Below are positions 23,272 to 35,459 of a DNA stretch of 50,327 nt, piece after piece (position 1 is the first letter of the stretch; each line of letters begins with the position of its first letter). Source of the stretch: Chiloscyllium plagiosum (Eukaryota); contig NC_057757.1 of NCBI RefSeq assembly GCF_004010195.1, forward strand, positions 7,685,198 through 7,735,524, written 5' to 3'. The position numbers were made by a program, and so were the translations under genes. The notes under the pieces are model-generated. The model ran no database searches and was not told where the DNA came from. It saw only the letters and a program-made list of their open reading frames with translations.

Positions 23272-26200
23272 AGAGGGTCAGTACTGAGGGAGTGCTGCAC
23301 TGTCAGATGGTCAGTACTGAGGGATTGTTGCACTGACAGTGAGTTAGTACTGAGGGAGTGCTGCACTGTCAGAGGGTAAGTACTGAGGGAGCGCTGCACT
23401 GTCAGAGGGACAGTACTGAGGAAGTGCTGCACTGTCAGAGAGTCAGTACTGAGGGAGTACTGCACTGTCAGAGGGTCAACACTGAGATAGTGCTGCACTG
23501 AATAAAGGTCAGCACTGAGGGAGTACTGCACTGTCAGAGGGACGGTACTGACGGAGTGGTGCATTCTCAGAGCGTTAGTACTGTGGGAGCGCTACGCTGT
23601 AAGAATGTCAGAAATAAAGAAGTGATGTACTGTCAGAGGGTTAGTACTGTGGGTGTATCGCACTGACGGAAGGTCAGTACTGAGGGTGCACCACACTGTC
23701 ACACTGTCGGTATGGGGGCAGTGCCGCACTGTCTGAGGGTCAGTACTAAGAGAGTGCTGCACTGTCAGAGGGTCAGTACTGAGGGGTGCTGCACTGTCAG
23801 ATGGTCAGTACTGAGGGATTGCTGCACTGTCAGAGGGTCAGTACTGAGGGAGTGCCGTATGTCAGAGGGGCGGTACTGACGGAATGGTGCATTCTCAGAG
23901 GGTGAGTACTGTGGGAGCGCTACATTGTAAAAATATCAGAACTAAAGAAGCGCTGCACTGTCAGAGGGTCAGTACTGAGGGTGTATCGCACTGACAGAAG
24001 GTCAGTACTGAGGGTGCACCACACTGCCGCACTGTCGGTCTGGGGCAGTGCCACACTCTCAGAGGTTCAGTACTGAGGGAGCTCTGCACTGTCAGAGGGG
24101 CAGGACTGAGGGAGTGCTGAACTATCAGAGGGTCAGCACTGTGGGATCACTGCGCTGTCAGAGGGTCAGTACTGAGGGACTGCTGCACTGTCAGAGTATA
24201 AGTACTGCGGGAGTGATGCACTGTCGGACAGTCAGTAGTGAGGGGCTCCTGCATTACCAGCAGACCATCTCTGAGGATTACTACAATGTCAAAGGGTCAG
24301 TACTGAGGGAGCACCACACTGTCAGAGGTTCAGTGCAGAAGAAATGCCACACTATCAGAGGGTCAGCACTGGGGGAACACGCACTATCAAACGGTCAGTA
24401 CTGTGGGAGCGCTACACAGTGAGAGTGTCAGTTCTGAGCGAGTATTATTTCAGAGGGTCAGTATATAGAGGTTGCTGCACTCTCAGATGGTCAGTACTGA
24501 GGCACTACTGGACTATCAGAGGTACAGGACCGAGGCAGAGTGTCAGCACTGAGGGAGTGCTACACTGTCAATGGGTCAGTACTGAGGCATTCCTGGACCA
24601 TCAGAGGTGCAGGAATGAGGCGGTGCCGCACTGTCAGAGTGTTAATACCGACGGGGTTCTGCTCTGCCGGAGGGTCAGTGCTGAGGGAGAGACTGTCGGA
24701 GCATCAGTACCGAGACAGAGCGGCACTGTCAGAGTCAGCACTGAGAGAGTTGCACTCTCAATGGGTCAGCACTGAGGGATTGCTGAGCTATCAGAGAGTC
24801 AGTACTGAAGGAGTGCTGCACTTCACAGGGGCAGTAATGAGGGAATGCTGCACTGTTAGAGGGTCAGCACTGAGGGAGTGCTGCACTGTCAGAGGGTCAG
24901 TACTGATTAAGCGCCTCACTATCGGAGGGGCAGTATAGGGCCACTTCGAAACTGTCAGAGGGTCAGTACTGAGGGTGTGCTGCACTGACAGAGGGTCAGT
25001 ACTGAGGGAGCGCTGCACTGTCAGAGGGTCAGTACTGAGGGAGTGCTGCACTGTCAGAGAATCAGTATGGAGGGATTGCAGCATAGTCAGAGGGTCCTGA
25101 TGGAGGGAGTGCTGTGCAGTGAGAGGATCAGTAATGATGAAGTGCACACTCTCTGAGGGTCAGTACTAATGATGGCCTTGCTGTCAGTGTGCCGCACTGT
25201 GAGAGGGTTACTACTGAGGGAGCGCTGCACTGTGAAAGGGTTAGAACTGAGGGAGCACCGGGCTTTGAGGGGTCAGTACTGAGGGAGCGCCACGCTATGT
25301 GTCGAACAGTCAGTACTGAGGGACTGCTGCATTGCCAGAAGATCAGTACTGAGGGAGCGCTGTGAGGGTCCGGATGGAGGGAGTGCTGTGCAGTGAGAGG
25401 ATCAGTAATGATGAAGTGCACACTCTCTGAGGGTCAGTACTAATGATGGCCTTGCTGTCAGTGTGCCGCACTGTGAGAGGTTTACTACTGAGGGAGCGCT
25501 GCACTGTGAAAGGGTTAGAACTGAGGGAGCACCGGGCTTTGAGGGGTCAGTACTGAGGGAGCGCCACGCTATGTGTCGAACAGTCAGTACTGAGGGACTG
25601 CTGCATTGCCAGAAGATCAGTACTGAGGGAGCGCTGTACTCTCAAAAGGTTACTATTGAGGGAGCGCTATACGGTAAGTGCGTAGGTTTTGAGGGAGTGT
25701 TGTTTCTGAGGGTCAGTCCTGAGGCAGTGCTACAGTGCCAAAGGATCAGTACTGAGGCATTCCTGGACGAGGAAGTGCCGCACTGTCAGAGTGTCAGTAT
25801 CGAGGGAGTTCTGCTCGGTCATAGGGTCGGTATTGAGAGAATGCCGCGCGATCAGTGGGTCAGTACCGAGGGATTGCTGCCCTGTCAGAGCATCTGTATT
25901 GAGGGAGTGCCTCACGGTCGGTGGGCCTGTACAAAGGGAGCGCCACACTATCGGAGGGTCAGTACTGAGGGAATGCTGTTGTGTCAGAGTGTCAATTCTG
26001 AGGGAGTGCTGCAGTGTCAAAGGGTCAGTGCTGAGGGAGAAATGCACTGTCAGAGGGTCGGTACTGAGGGAGTGCTGCACTGCAACAAGGTTAGTTCTGA
26101 AGGCATGCTGCACTGTCAGAAGGACTGTACTGAGGGAGAGCTGCACGCTCAGGGGTCAGTATGATGGAGTGATGCACTGTCAGAGGGTCAGTAGTGAGGG

Positions 26201-28922
26201 AATGTTGCACTGTCAGATGGTCAGTACTGAGGGAGTGCTGCACTGTCAGTGTGTCAGTTCAGATGGAGTTCTACACTGTCAGAGGGTCAGTCCTGAGAGA
26301 GCTCTGCACAGCCAAAGGATCAAAACTGAGGGAGTGCTGCACTGTCAGAGGGTCAGTATTGAGGGCCGGCTGCATTGCCAGAGATCAGTACTGAGGGAGC
26401 GCTGCACTGTCAGAGGGTAAGTATTGAGGGCCGGCTGCATTGCCAGAGAGTCAGTACTGAGGGAGTAAAATATTGTCAGAGTGTCGGGACGGAGGAAGCA
26501 CTGAAATGTCAGAGGGTCAGTACTGCACTGTCAACGTGTGAGTACTGAGAGAGTGATGGACTGTCAGAAGGTCAGTACTGAGAGACCTCTACACAGCTAA
26601 AGGATCAGTACTGAGGAAGTGCTGCACTGTCAGAGGGTCAGTATTGAGGGCCGGCTGCATTGCCAGAGAGTCAGTATTGAGGGAGTGCAACATTGTCAGA
26701 GTGTCGGGACGGGGGCAGAGCTGAAATCTCCGAGGGTCAGTGCTGAGGTAGCGCTGCACTGTCGGAGGGTCAGTACTGAGGCATTGCCGCACTGTGAGGA
26801 ATCCTGAAGCAAGAGATTGCTGCACTGTCAGACGGCCAGTACTGAGTGTGTGTTGCACTGTTAGAGCGTCAGTACTGAGGGAGTGCTGCACTGTCAGAGT
26901 GCTGCTCTGTCGGAGGGTCAGTACTGTGGGAATACCGCATTGTCATAGGGTCAGTACTGAGGGAGCGCTGCACTTCCAGAGGGTCAGTAGTGAGGGAGTG
27001 CTGCACTGTCAGAATTTCAGTACTGAGGGAGTGCTGCACTGTTGGAGTGTCAGTACTGAAGGAGTGCTGCACTGTCAGAGGGTCAGTAGTGGGGGAGTGA
27101 TGTACTGTCAGAGGGTCAGTACTGAGAGAGCTCTACACAGCCAAAGGATCAGTAATGAGGGAGTGCTGCACTGTCAGTGGGTCAGTACGGGTGGTGTTCT
27201 GCACTGTCAGAGTGTCACCACTGAGAGAGTTCTACACAGCTAAAGGATCAGTACCGAGGTAGCGCTGCACTGTCGGAGGGTCAGTACTGAGGCAGTGCCG
27301 CACTGTGAGGAATCCTGGACCAAGAGAGTGCTGCACTGTCAGAAGGTGAGTACTGAGCGAGTGCTGCACTGTTGGAGTGTCAGGACTGAGTGAGTGCTGC
27401 ACAGCCAGACAGACAGTCCTGAATGCATGCTGCACTGTTATCTTGTCAGTACTGAGGGAGTGCTGCACTGTCAGATGCTCAGTACTGAGGGAGTGCTGCA
27501 CTGTTGGAGTGTCAGGACTGAGTGAGTGCTGCACAGTCAAACAGACAGTCCTGAATGCATGCTGCACTGTTAGACTGTCAGTACTGAGGGAGTGCTGCAC
27601 TGTCAGAGGGTCAGTACTGAGGGAGTGCTGCACTGTCAGAGCGTCAGTACTGAGGGATTTCTGCACTGTCAGAGGATCTGTAGTGAGGGAGTATTGCAAT
27701 GTCAGAGGGTCAGTGCAGAGGCAAAGCTGCACTGTCAGAGGGTCAATACTGAGGGAGTGCTGCACTGTCAGAAGGTCAGTACTGAGGGAGGGCTGCACTG
27801 TCAGAGGGTCTGCACTGAGGGAGTACTGCACTGTCTGAGGGTCAGTGCAGAGGCAAAGCTGCACTGTCAGAGGGTCAGTACTGCGGGAGCGCTGCACTGT
27901 CAGGGGGTCAATACTGAGGGAGTGCTGCACTGTCACAGTATCAGTACTGAGGGAGTGCTTCACTGTCAGAGTGTCACTACTAAGGGAGTGCTGCACTCTC
28001 AGAGGGTCAGCACTTAGGGAGTGCTGCTCTGTCAGAGGGTCAGCACTGAAGAAGCTCTGCACCGTCAGAGGGTCAGTACTGCGGGAGCGCTGCACTGTCA
28101 GGGTGTCAATACTGAGGGAGTGCTGCACTGTCACGGTATCAGTACTGAGGGAGTGATGTACTGTCAGAGTGTCAGAACTGAGAGAGTGCTGCTCTGTCAG
28201 AGGGTCAGCACTGAAGAAACTCTGCACCGTCAGAGGGTCAATACCGGGAGAGTGCTGCACTGTCAGAGGGTCAGGACTGAGAGAATGATGTACTGTCAGA
28301 GGACCAGTACTGTGCATGCGCCTCACTGTCGGACGCTCAGTATAGGGCCACATCCACACTGTCAGAGGGTCAGTACTGAGGGTGTACTGCACTGTCAGAG
28401 CGTCAGTAGTGTGGGAGCGCTGCATTGTCAGAGGGTCAGTACTGAGGGAGCCCTGCACTGTCAGATGGTCAGTACTGAGGGAGTGCTGCACTGTCAGAGG
28501 ATCAGTATGGAGGGAGTGCAGCATAGTCAGAGGGTCCGGATGGAAGGAGTGCTGTGAGGTGAGAGGATCATTAATGATGAAGTGCACACTCTCTGAGGGT
28601 CAGTACTCATGGATAGTCTTGCTGTCAGAGTGCCGCACTGTGAGAGGGTTACTACTGAGGGAGCGCTGCACTGTGAATGGGTTAGAACTGAGGGAGCACC
28701 GCACTCTCAGTGGATTAGTACTGAGGGATCACTGCGCTGTGAGGGGGTCAGTACTGAGGGAGCACTACGCTATGTGTCGAACAGTCAGTACTGAGGGACT
28801 GCTGCATTGCCAGAAGATCAGTCCTGAGGGAGTGGTGTACTCTCAAAAGATCACTACTGAGGGAGCGCTACACGGTAAGTGCATAAGTTTTGAGGGAGTG
28901 TTGTTTCTGAGGTTCAGTCCTG
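23272..28922 (+). repeat. 33-bp satellite array (~170 units, both ends in gaps)
   Basis: Consensus AGAGGGTCAGTACTGAGGGAGTGCTGCACTGTC. The ORF track shows 11-aa periodicity (ECCTVRGSVLR, STEGVLHCQRV, TVQHSLSTDPL). Confidence 0.97.
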
Positions 28923-29465
28923 NNNNNNNNNNNNNNNNNNNNNNNNNNNNNNNNNNNNNNNNNNNNNNNNNNNNNNNNNNNNNNNNNNNNNNNNNNNNNN
29001 NNNNNNNNNNNNNNNNNNNNNNNNNNNNNNNNNNNNNNNNNNNNNNNNNNNNNNNNNNNNNNNNNNNNNNNNNNNNNNNNNNNNNNNNNNNNNNNNNNNN
29101 NNNNNNNNNNNNNNNNNNNNNNNNNNNNNNNNNNNNNNNNNNNNNNNNNNNNNNNNNNNNNNNNNNNNNNNNNNNNNNNNNNNNNNNNNNNNNNNNNNNN
29201 NNNNNNNNNNNNNNNNNNNNNNNNNNNNNNNNNNNNNNNNNNNNNNNNNNNNNNNNNNNNNNNNNNNNNNNNNNNNNNNNNNNNNNNNNNNNNNNNNNNN
29301 NNNNNNNNNNNNNNNNNNNNNNNNNNNNNNNNNNNNNNNNNNNNNNNNNNNNNNNNNNNNNNNNNNNNNNNNNNNNNNNNNNNNNNNNNNNNNNNNNNNN
29401 NNNNNNNNNNNNNNNNNNNNNNGAAAAAGTTCTTCCTGATATCAGTCCTGCTTCGTTTGCAAACA

Positions 29466-29553
29466 GGTAAAAACATTGACTGCAGATGCTGGAAACCAGA
29501 TTCTGGATTAGACTGGTGCTGGAAAAGCACAAGCAGTTCAGGCAGCATCTGAG
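29466..29553 (-). mobile_element. Very short PLE 3'-terminus insertion with 10-bp exact TSD
   Basis: GGTAAAAACATTGACTGCAGATGCTGGAAACCAGATTCTGGATTAG..., matching 11733 onward. TTTGCAAACA flanks it at 29456-29465 and 29556-29565. Confidence 0.8.
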
Positions 29554-29595
29554 CATTTGCAAACAACTTTAAATCCATGCCCCTCTCATTCTTAA

Positions 29596-29900
29596 AGTCA
29601 CAGAGACGTACAGCATGGAAACAGACCCTTCCGTCCATGCCGACTAGATATCCTAACCTAATCTAGTTCCATTTGCCAGCACCCAACCCATATCCCTCCA
29701 AACCCTTCCTATTCATATACCCGTCCAGATGCCTTTAAAATGCTGTAATTGTACCAGCCTCCCCCACTTTCTCTGGCAGCTCATTCCATACATGCACCAC
29801 CCTCTGCGGAAATAGTTGCCCCTTAGCTCCCTTTTAAATCTTTCCCCTCTCACCCGAAACCTATGCCCTCTAGTTTTGGACTCCCCCCACCCTGGGTAGA
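29596..29900 (-). mobile_element. HER1/CR1 3' end
   Basis: GTCACAGAGACGTACAGCATGGAAACAGACCCTTC...CCCTCTAGTTTTGGACTCCCC, matching the 40478 copy. Confidence 0.88.
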
Positions 29901-30020
29901 ATATTCACTCCCCCCCCCACCCTTGAATATTCACGACTGAATACAGAAGAAGAGTAGGTAGGGCTGGAGCAATTCCACGACAGTCTTCGAGGACTACAGC
30001 ACATGCAGGAGGGTAGTTAA

Positions 30021-30303
30021 GTTAGCATTGCTGCCTCACAGCACCAGGGACCCAGGTTCGATTCCAGCCTCAGGCGACTGTCTGTGTGGAGTTTGCACAT
30101 TCTCCCCGTGTCTGCGTGGGTTTCCTCCGGGTGCTCCGGTTTCCTCCCACAGTCCAAAGGTGTGCAGAGTCAGGGTGAATTGGCCGTGCTAAATTGCCCA
30201 TAGTGCAGTAGTCAGAGGGAAATGGGTCTGGATGGGTTGTAGGATCGGTGTGGACTGGTTGGGCCGAAGGGCCTTTTCCCAAATTATAGGGAATCTAATC
30301 TAA
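30021..30303 (+). mobile_element. HE1-type V-SINE (A box truncated)
   Basis: B box GGTTCGATTCC, intact V-domain, GGGAATCTAATCTAA tail. Confidence 0.9.
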
Positions 30304-30309
30304 AAGTTA

Positions 30310-31120
30310 TATGAGCAAAAAGTAGGCATGATAAAGGACTTGTGAACAGGATTAGGGAGAATCCTAACATATTTAGAAATATATTGAAGGGACGAAGTTA
30401 ACCAGGGAGAGAGTAGGGCCCATTAGGGACCAAGGGAGTAGTGTGTGAAGCCAAAGGATATTCGGAGAGAGCGAAAAGAATATTTCTTTTCAGCCTCCAC
30501 TTTGGAAAAGGGGAATGATGGTACGGAATTCAGGAAAAGGGACTGTGAGGAACTGGCACAGAGTGCCACAGGAAATGGGGAGGTATAGGAAGCTCTGTCA
30601 GGTTTAAAAATGGACAAATCCCCTGGCCCAGATGAATTGTATCCCAGGGTGCTGTGGGAGGTGAGGCAGGAAATTGTAGGGGATCTGACTCTCAGTTTTA
30701 ATTCCCCTCTGGTCACAGGGAGAAACGTCAGAGATCTGGAGGATGGCTGATGTGCTTCCACTTTGTAAGATGGGTAATAGAGATGAACTGGGAAATTACA
30801 GTTTCACCTCAGTGATAGGGAAACTATTGGAGAGAATTAACATCCAAGTGGAAAGGCATGGGTCAACTTGGGATAGTCGACATGGCTTTGTCAGAGGGAG
30901 GGCATGCCTAACAAACTTATTCAAGTTTTTTGGAAGTGTGAGCAAGTGTGTAGATGAGGGAAGTTCAGTTGATGGTAGTTCATGTGGAGTTTAGCAAAGC
31001 TTTTGACAAGGTCCCTCTTGGGAGACTGAGAAGGTTAAAGAACATGGAACAGAGAAAAACTTGGAGAGATGGATCAGAAACTGGCTTAGTAATAGGTCAC
31101 AAAGGGTCCTGGTAGAAGGC
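30310..31120 (+). mobile_element. Degenerate CR1 ORF2 (RT) fragment
   Basis: DKSPGPDELYPRVL, ADVLPLCKMG..GNY, RHGFVRGRACLTNL, FSKAFDKVP. Confidence 0.88.
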
Positions 31121-31162
31121 TTGACTCGATCACTTGGGAATGATATGGAGTAAAGGCTTGAC

Positions 31163-31703
31163 ATTGGTTAGGCCACTGTTGGAATATTGTGTGTGAAAGA
31201 TGTTGTGAAACTTGAAAGGCTTTAGAAAAGATTTACAAGGGTGTTGCCAGGGTTGGAGGTTTTGAGGTATAGGGAGAGGCTGAACAGGCTGGGGCTGTTT
31301 TTCCTGGAGCGTCGGAGGCTGAGGGGTGACCTTATAGGTTTACAAAATTATGAGGGGGGCATGGATAGGGTAAGTAGGCAAAGTCTTTTCTCTGGGGTCG
31401 GGGAGTCCAGAACTAGAGGGCATAGGTTTAGGGTGAGGGGGAAAGATATAAAAGAGACCTAAGGGACTACTTTTTCACGCAGAGGGCGGTATATGTATGG
31501 AATGAGCTGCCAGAGGATGTGGTGGAGGCTGGTACAATTGCAACATTTAAGAGGCATTTGGATGGGTATATGAATAGGAAGGGTTTGGAGGGATATGGGC
31601 CGGGTGCTGGCAGGTGGGACTAGATTGGGTTGGGGTATCTGGTCGGCATGGACGGGTTGAACCGAAGGGTCTGTTTTCATGCTGTACATCTTTATGACTC
31701 TAA
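31163..31703 (+). mobile_element. HER1/CR1 3' fragment flanked by a 32-bp direct repeat
   Basis: LPGLEVLRYRERLNRLGLFFLERRRLRGDL. Flanks CACTTGGGAATGATATGGA(G/A)TAAAGGCTTGAC at 31131-31162 and 31704-31735. Confidence 0.92.
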
Positions 31704-31834
31704 CACTTGGGAATGATATGGAATAAAGGCTTGACTCAGGATTCGGATAACGGGTTGACTCTAACAATGCCAATTGTAAAAATGAGCTTGTAAGGGCCCT
31801 GAAGAATAGGCAGAAGCTCAGACCTTATGGTGAA

Positions 31835-32076
31835 CTGGTGGCTCAGTGGTTAGCACTGCTCCCTCCCAGCACCAGAGACCGGGGCTTGATTCCAGCCTCG
31901 GGGCGACCGTCTGTGTGGAGTTTGCACATTCTCCCCGTGTCTGCGCAGGTTTCCTCTGGGTGCTATGATTTTGTCTCTCAGAGATGTGCAGGTTAGGTGA
32001 ATTGGCCATGCTAATGTGTCCTGCAATGTCCAGGGATTTGCTGGTTATTGGGTTAGCCATGGGAAATGTAGGGGTA
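31835..32076 (+). mobile_element. HE1-type V-SINE
   Basis: TGGCTCAGTGG A box, degenerate B box, V-domain. Confidence 0.85.
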
Positions 32077-33200
32077 CGCAGACACACACTCGCGCACGCA
32101 CAGACACACACTCACGCGCACGCACGCACAGACACACACACGCGCCCACACTCTCTCAGACACACACACGCGCCCACACTCTCACAGACACACACCACAC
32201 ACACACACCGACACACACACTCGCGCGCACACTCACACAGACACACACCACACACACACACTCTCACAGACACACATACTCACACACATATATCCGTGGG
32301 GTGAATTTGTATTTGCAGATCATTCTATTTTGTTCAAAAACCTCACAATTTGTAGTCACAGTCGAAAAGTGTGGCACTGGAAAAGCAGAGCAGGTCAGGC
32401 AACATCCAAGCAGCAGGAGAGTCGACGTTTCGAGCATATTCCCTTCCTCAGGAATGTGGGGGTGGGGACTCAGAAATAGAAAGGGAGGTCAGGCGGGGGA
32501 GGGGGGGATCTGGGATGAGGTAGTGGGGGGAGGGGAGATTTGGGCGTCTATGTTGATGTTGTGTAGTTGTAGGGTCCGAAGGCGGAAGATGAAGCGTTCT
32601 TCCTCCAGTTGGCGGATGGCTTTAATTTGGCAGTGGACTAGGCCCAGGATTTGCATGTCCTTTCGCGGAGTGGAAGGTGGAGTTGAAGTGGTAGGCCACA
32701 GGGCGATGGGCTTGTTTGGTGCGTGCGTCCCAGAGATATTCCCTGACCCTCTCCACGAGTTGGCGTCCTGTCTGTTTGTCAGTCAATGTGGCATTTTATG
32801 AACTCCTACCTTGGAAATAAAACCAGCCTGTCTCCAGGTTAAGTCACAGACAGATTATAAACAAGACCTCACACCTAAAATACATTATCTGAGGGGAGGT
32901 GTTACCTCTTTTATATTGATAACACCTTGAGTTATCTCGGGACAGTGACTTGAAAGAAATTCTGGGATTTGCATATTAATCAATCGAAACCTGTACCTCC
33001 ATTCCCACTGACTGAAGATTTCAGAGCCATCTCGGGTGTGTTCAGTTAGTTCACATGAGTTGTATGACCCTTCAATCTTTCCCTTACAAATTCTGTGTTT
33101 GAGGTTTCCCTGTCTCACTCGCACCAAATAAACCCCTTGGGCCTGGTGTTTTAGGCTTTTGACTTTCCCTAACCCAGTCTAACAATGTTACCTCCATATT
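32077..33200 (+). mobile_element. PLE 3' UTR with CA-rich microsatellite (32077-32290), interrupted by another PLE fragment
   Basis: A (CA)n-like tract followed by GTGGGGTGAATTTGTATTTGCAGA, as at 42993. Ends in a CAAATAAAC..CCTGGTGTT terminus like 43398-43430. Confidence 0.6.
32356..32773 (-). mobile_element. Penelope-like GIY-YIG 3' fragment
   Basis: The reverse complement of GGCGGAAGATGAAGCGTTCTTCCTCCAG encodes LEEERFIFRL. Terminus has a CTGAGGAAGGG..CGAAACGTC hammerhead motif (~32420-32452). Confidence 0.85.
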
Positions 33201-33922
33201 AGTACTGGGACTGGGTGAGGGGTGTAGGTGTGATGCCCTTGGGAGGGTCATTGCAGACCAAATGGGCTGAGTGGCCACTTCCTGCACTGTAGATGAATGT
33301 TTCAATAAATATGTCATTTACAGTGTGGAAATAATAGTTTATTTTACCCTCTGCCTTTGGCCGGATCGCTTACAGAGACAGTAATGCAGACTAACCATCC
33401 TCTAAAGCAAAACCAAGAGATGATAGACCCCTGATCTCTGGAATACCTCCCTTAGCCTCCTTTCCATGCTGTCAAATTGTCTTCTTTGACGAGGATTTTG
33501 CTCACCTCCCCTAAAATCGCTCAGTGTCACACGTGGCTTCATAACTGTGTAGCACCGAGCGGTATATCATCACCTCGAAGATGCTGGGTAAATATAAGAA
33601 GGGTGGAGGGATGAACCAGGAAATTACAGACTAGTGCGTCTCGCGTCAGCGGTAGGGAAACCATTCGAGAAAATTCTCAAGGAGGGAACGAGGGACCGTC
33701 AGTGTGGCCTCGAGAGAGGGAGGTCATGCCTGACCAATTTGAATCAAACCTTTGATAATGTGATCAAGTGTTGAGTAGTTACGTTGTTGAGTTGAGATGT
33801 GGCTGTTGACTGTGTGTTTGACCAGATTCTAATCCATTCAAGAATGTCCACCACTAATTGCCAACAAAGTAACCAGGGAAGAGAAACACAGCATTAGAAA
33901 GAGCTTCATGGTGGTTACCATG

Positions 33923-34255
33923 TCATAGAATCCCTACAATGTAGAAACAAGCCCTTCGGCCCAACAAGCCCACATCGACACTCCGAAGAGCAACCCACCC
34001 AGACTCATTCCCGATCCAAATTAACCCCTGACTTATGCACCTAACCTACACACTATGGGCAATTTAGCACGGCCAATTCACCCTGACTTGTTCATCTTTG
34101 GAGTGTGGGAGGAAACCGGAGCACCCGGAGGAATCCCACGCAGACACGGGGAGAATGTGCAAACTCCACACAGACAGTCACCTGAGGCTGGAGTTGAACC
34201 TGCGTCCCTGGCGCTGGGAGGCTGCAGTGCTAACCACTGAGTCACCGGGCCTGCC
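33923..34255 (-). mobile_element. HE1-type V-SINE, near full length
   Basis: Minus-strand TGACTCAGTGG A box, GGTTCAACTCC B box, V-domain, GATTCTATGA tail. Confidence 0.9.
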
Positions 34256-34284
34256 TCAAACAATTGTTAGAGCGAGGTAAGTTG

Positions 34285-34356
34285 AGGTTTCACCGAGATT
34301 CGAACTCCGGTCGCTTGATTCAAGGTCCAGAGTGCTCGCCATTGCACCACAGAACC
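34285..34356 (-). tRNA. trnQ: tRNA-Gln (anticodon TTG), probable pseudogene
   Basis: Minus strand GGTTCTGTGGTGCAATGGCGAGCACTCTGGACCTTGAATCAAGCGACCGGAGTTCGAATCTCGGTGAAACCT (72 nt) is colinear with vertebrate tRNA-Gln. It has mismatches in the acceptor (C5:A68), anticodon (G:A) and T stems (G:G), C at position 33, and no T4 terminator nearby. Confidence 0.88.
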
Positions 34357-35119
34357 AGCCCCTGATGCATAGAATAAGGCAATCTGGGTGCAATTACAGT
34401 CGCTACAGCAATGCAGAGTGAGCCGTGGATCTCGGAGCTCTGTGCGAACACACATTGGAACTCAGACAGGGGTGAATGCAGAGTGAAGGGTTGACGTTAC
34501 CACCTCTGGGTCATGCAGGGGTAAAGTGTTGGCTAAATGGTTGGGCTTTTCACCGCGTCACTTCAACACTCTGTCCAATTTCCTGAGGAAGGTTGTATAA
34601 AGGAAGATGGTGGATTGCTTCCAAACAACTCGAAAGGGCATATGTTCTCTCTGCCTCTCAGCAAAGAGCCCTTTCCTGGTGTCCTGGTTTATTTCAAAGA
34701 AAATATTTTTGACACTATTCTGTCTCGAGGGCATTGACACTAGCGCTGCATCATTTCCTGTTCCTCACGAACTCGGTAATTAGTTATAAATTCCAGCATC
34801 ACTCGGGAAGGGACAACTGCTGAATGAGCATGAGAAATGTAACGTCCCTTTCTCTGGGGCTCCCCTCGCCCCCCCCTCTTGGGGGGGGGGGGGGGGGGGG
34901 GAGGATAGGGGCAGCATGCAGGGTCCTCCTGAAGTCTCTGCCAGCTATGGTGGGCAGTGCCGGCTACCAGCCTATCTGTCCCTTCTACGCCAAAACCCCC
35001 CCCCAACTTGCTTCACAAGATAGAGGGTTCAGTTGCCCTTCATCTGGGAAAGACTCCTGGTCTGTAAAAGCCCAATCACCCCAATTTGAAGCCACTTGTA
35101 CCCAAACCTCTGAGACAAC

Positions 35120-35375
35120 TGGCCAATGAGAGGTGAGAGAATGCGGGGCGGAGGGAGGGTTTGCTGCAGATCTCTGGAGGGTGAGTCACACAACTGGGCA
35201 AGTGCCGATCTCTGGCACCAGAAAAGATCACTTTACCTGACCCATTATTTGCCCGTATTCTGGGAGATTTCAGATCACCTTGTCTTAGGCTCCCTTATGG
35301 CAGATCGCCTGCCCGTCCTCCCACCCCACCCCCAATAACCTCACTCCTTGTCCAGCCCTCAACCTACTTTAAGCC
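35120..35375 (+). promoter_or_regulatory. Possible Pol II promoter motif cluster
   Basis: CCAAT at 35123-35127, GC box GGGGCGGAG at 35145-35153, AP-1 TGAGTCA at 35182-35188 and TATA-like TTTAAG at 35368-35373, all in non-repeat sequence. Confidence 0.3.
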
Positions 35376-35459
35376 CAGGCCCCACCAGCCTTAGATTGCA
35401 GGCTGCAATGAGCCTGATGAGGGACAGGGTTGGGTTGGTTCTAAGTGAGACCTGACTTG

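Noticed and set aside
23064..28794. Long Cys/His-rich ORFs (up to 451 aa) as genes, including the HCQRVSTEG resemblance to zinc-finger linkers
   Set aside because: A 33-nt unit lacking stops in several frames gives overlapping ORFs on both strands. There is no C2H2 spacing and no single preferred frame.
23272..28922. 33-bp partly palindromic repeats as a CRISPR array
   Set aside because: The units are head-to-tail with no unique spacers, there are no cas genes, and the context is vertebrate.
31984..32801. His/Thr-rich 261-aa ORF
   Set aside because: It is a translation of the CA microsatellite plus antisense PLE sequence.
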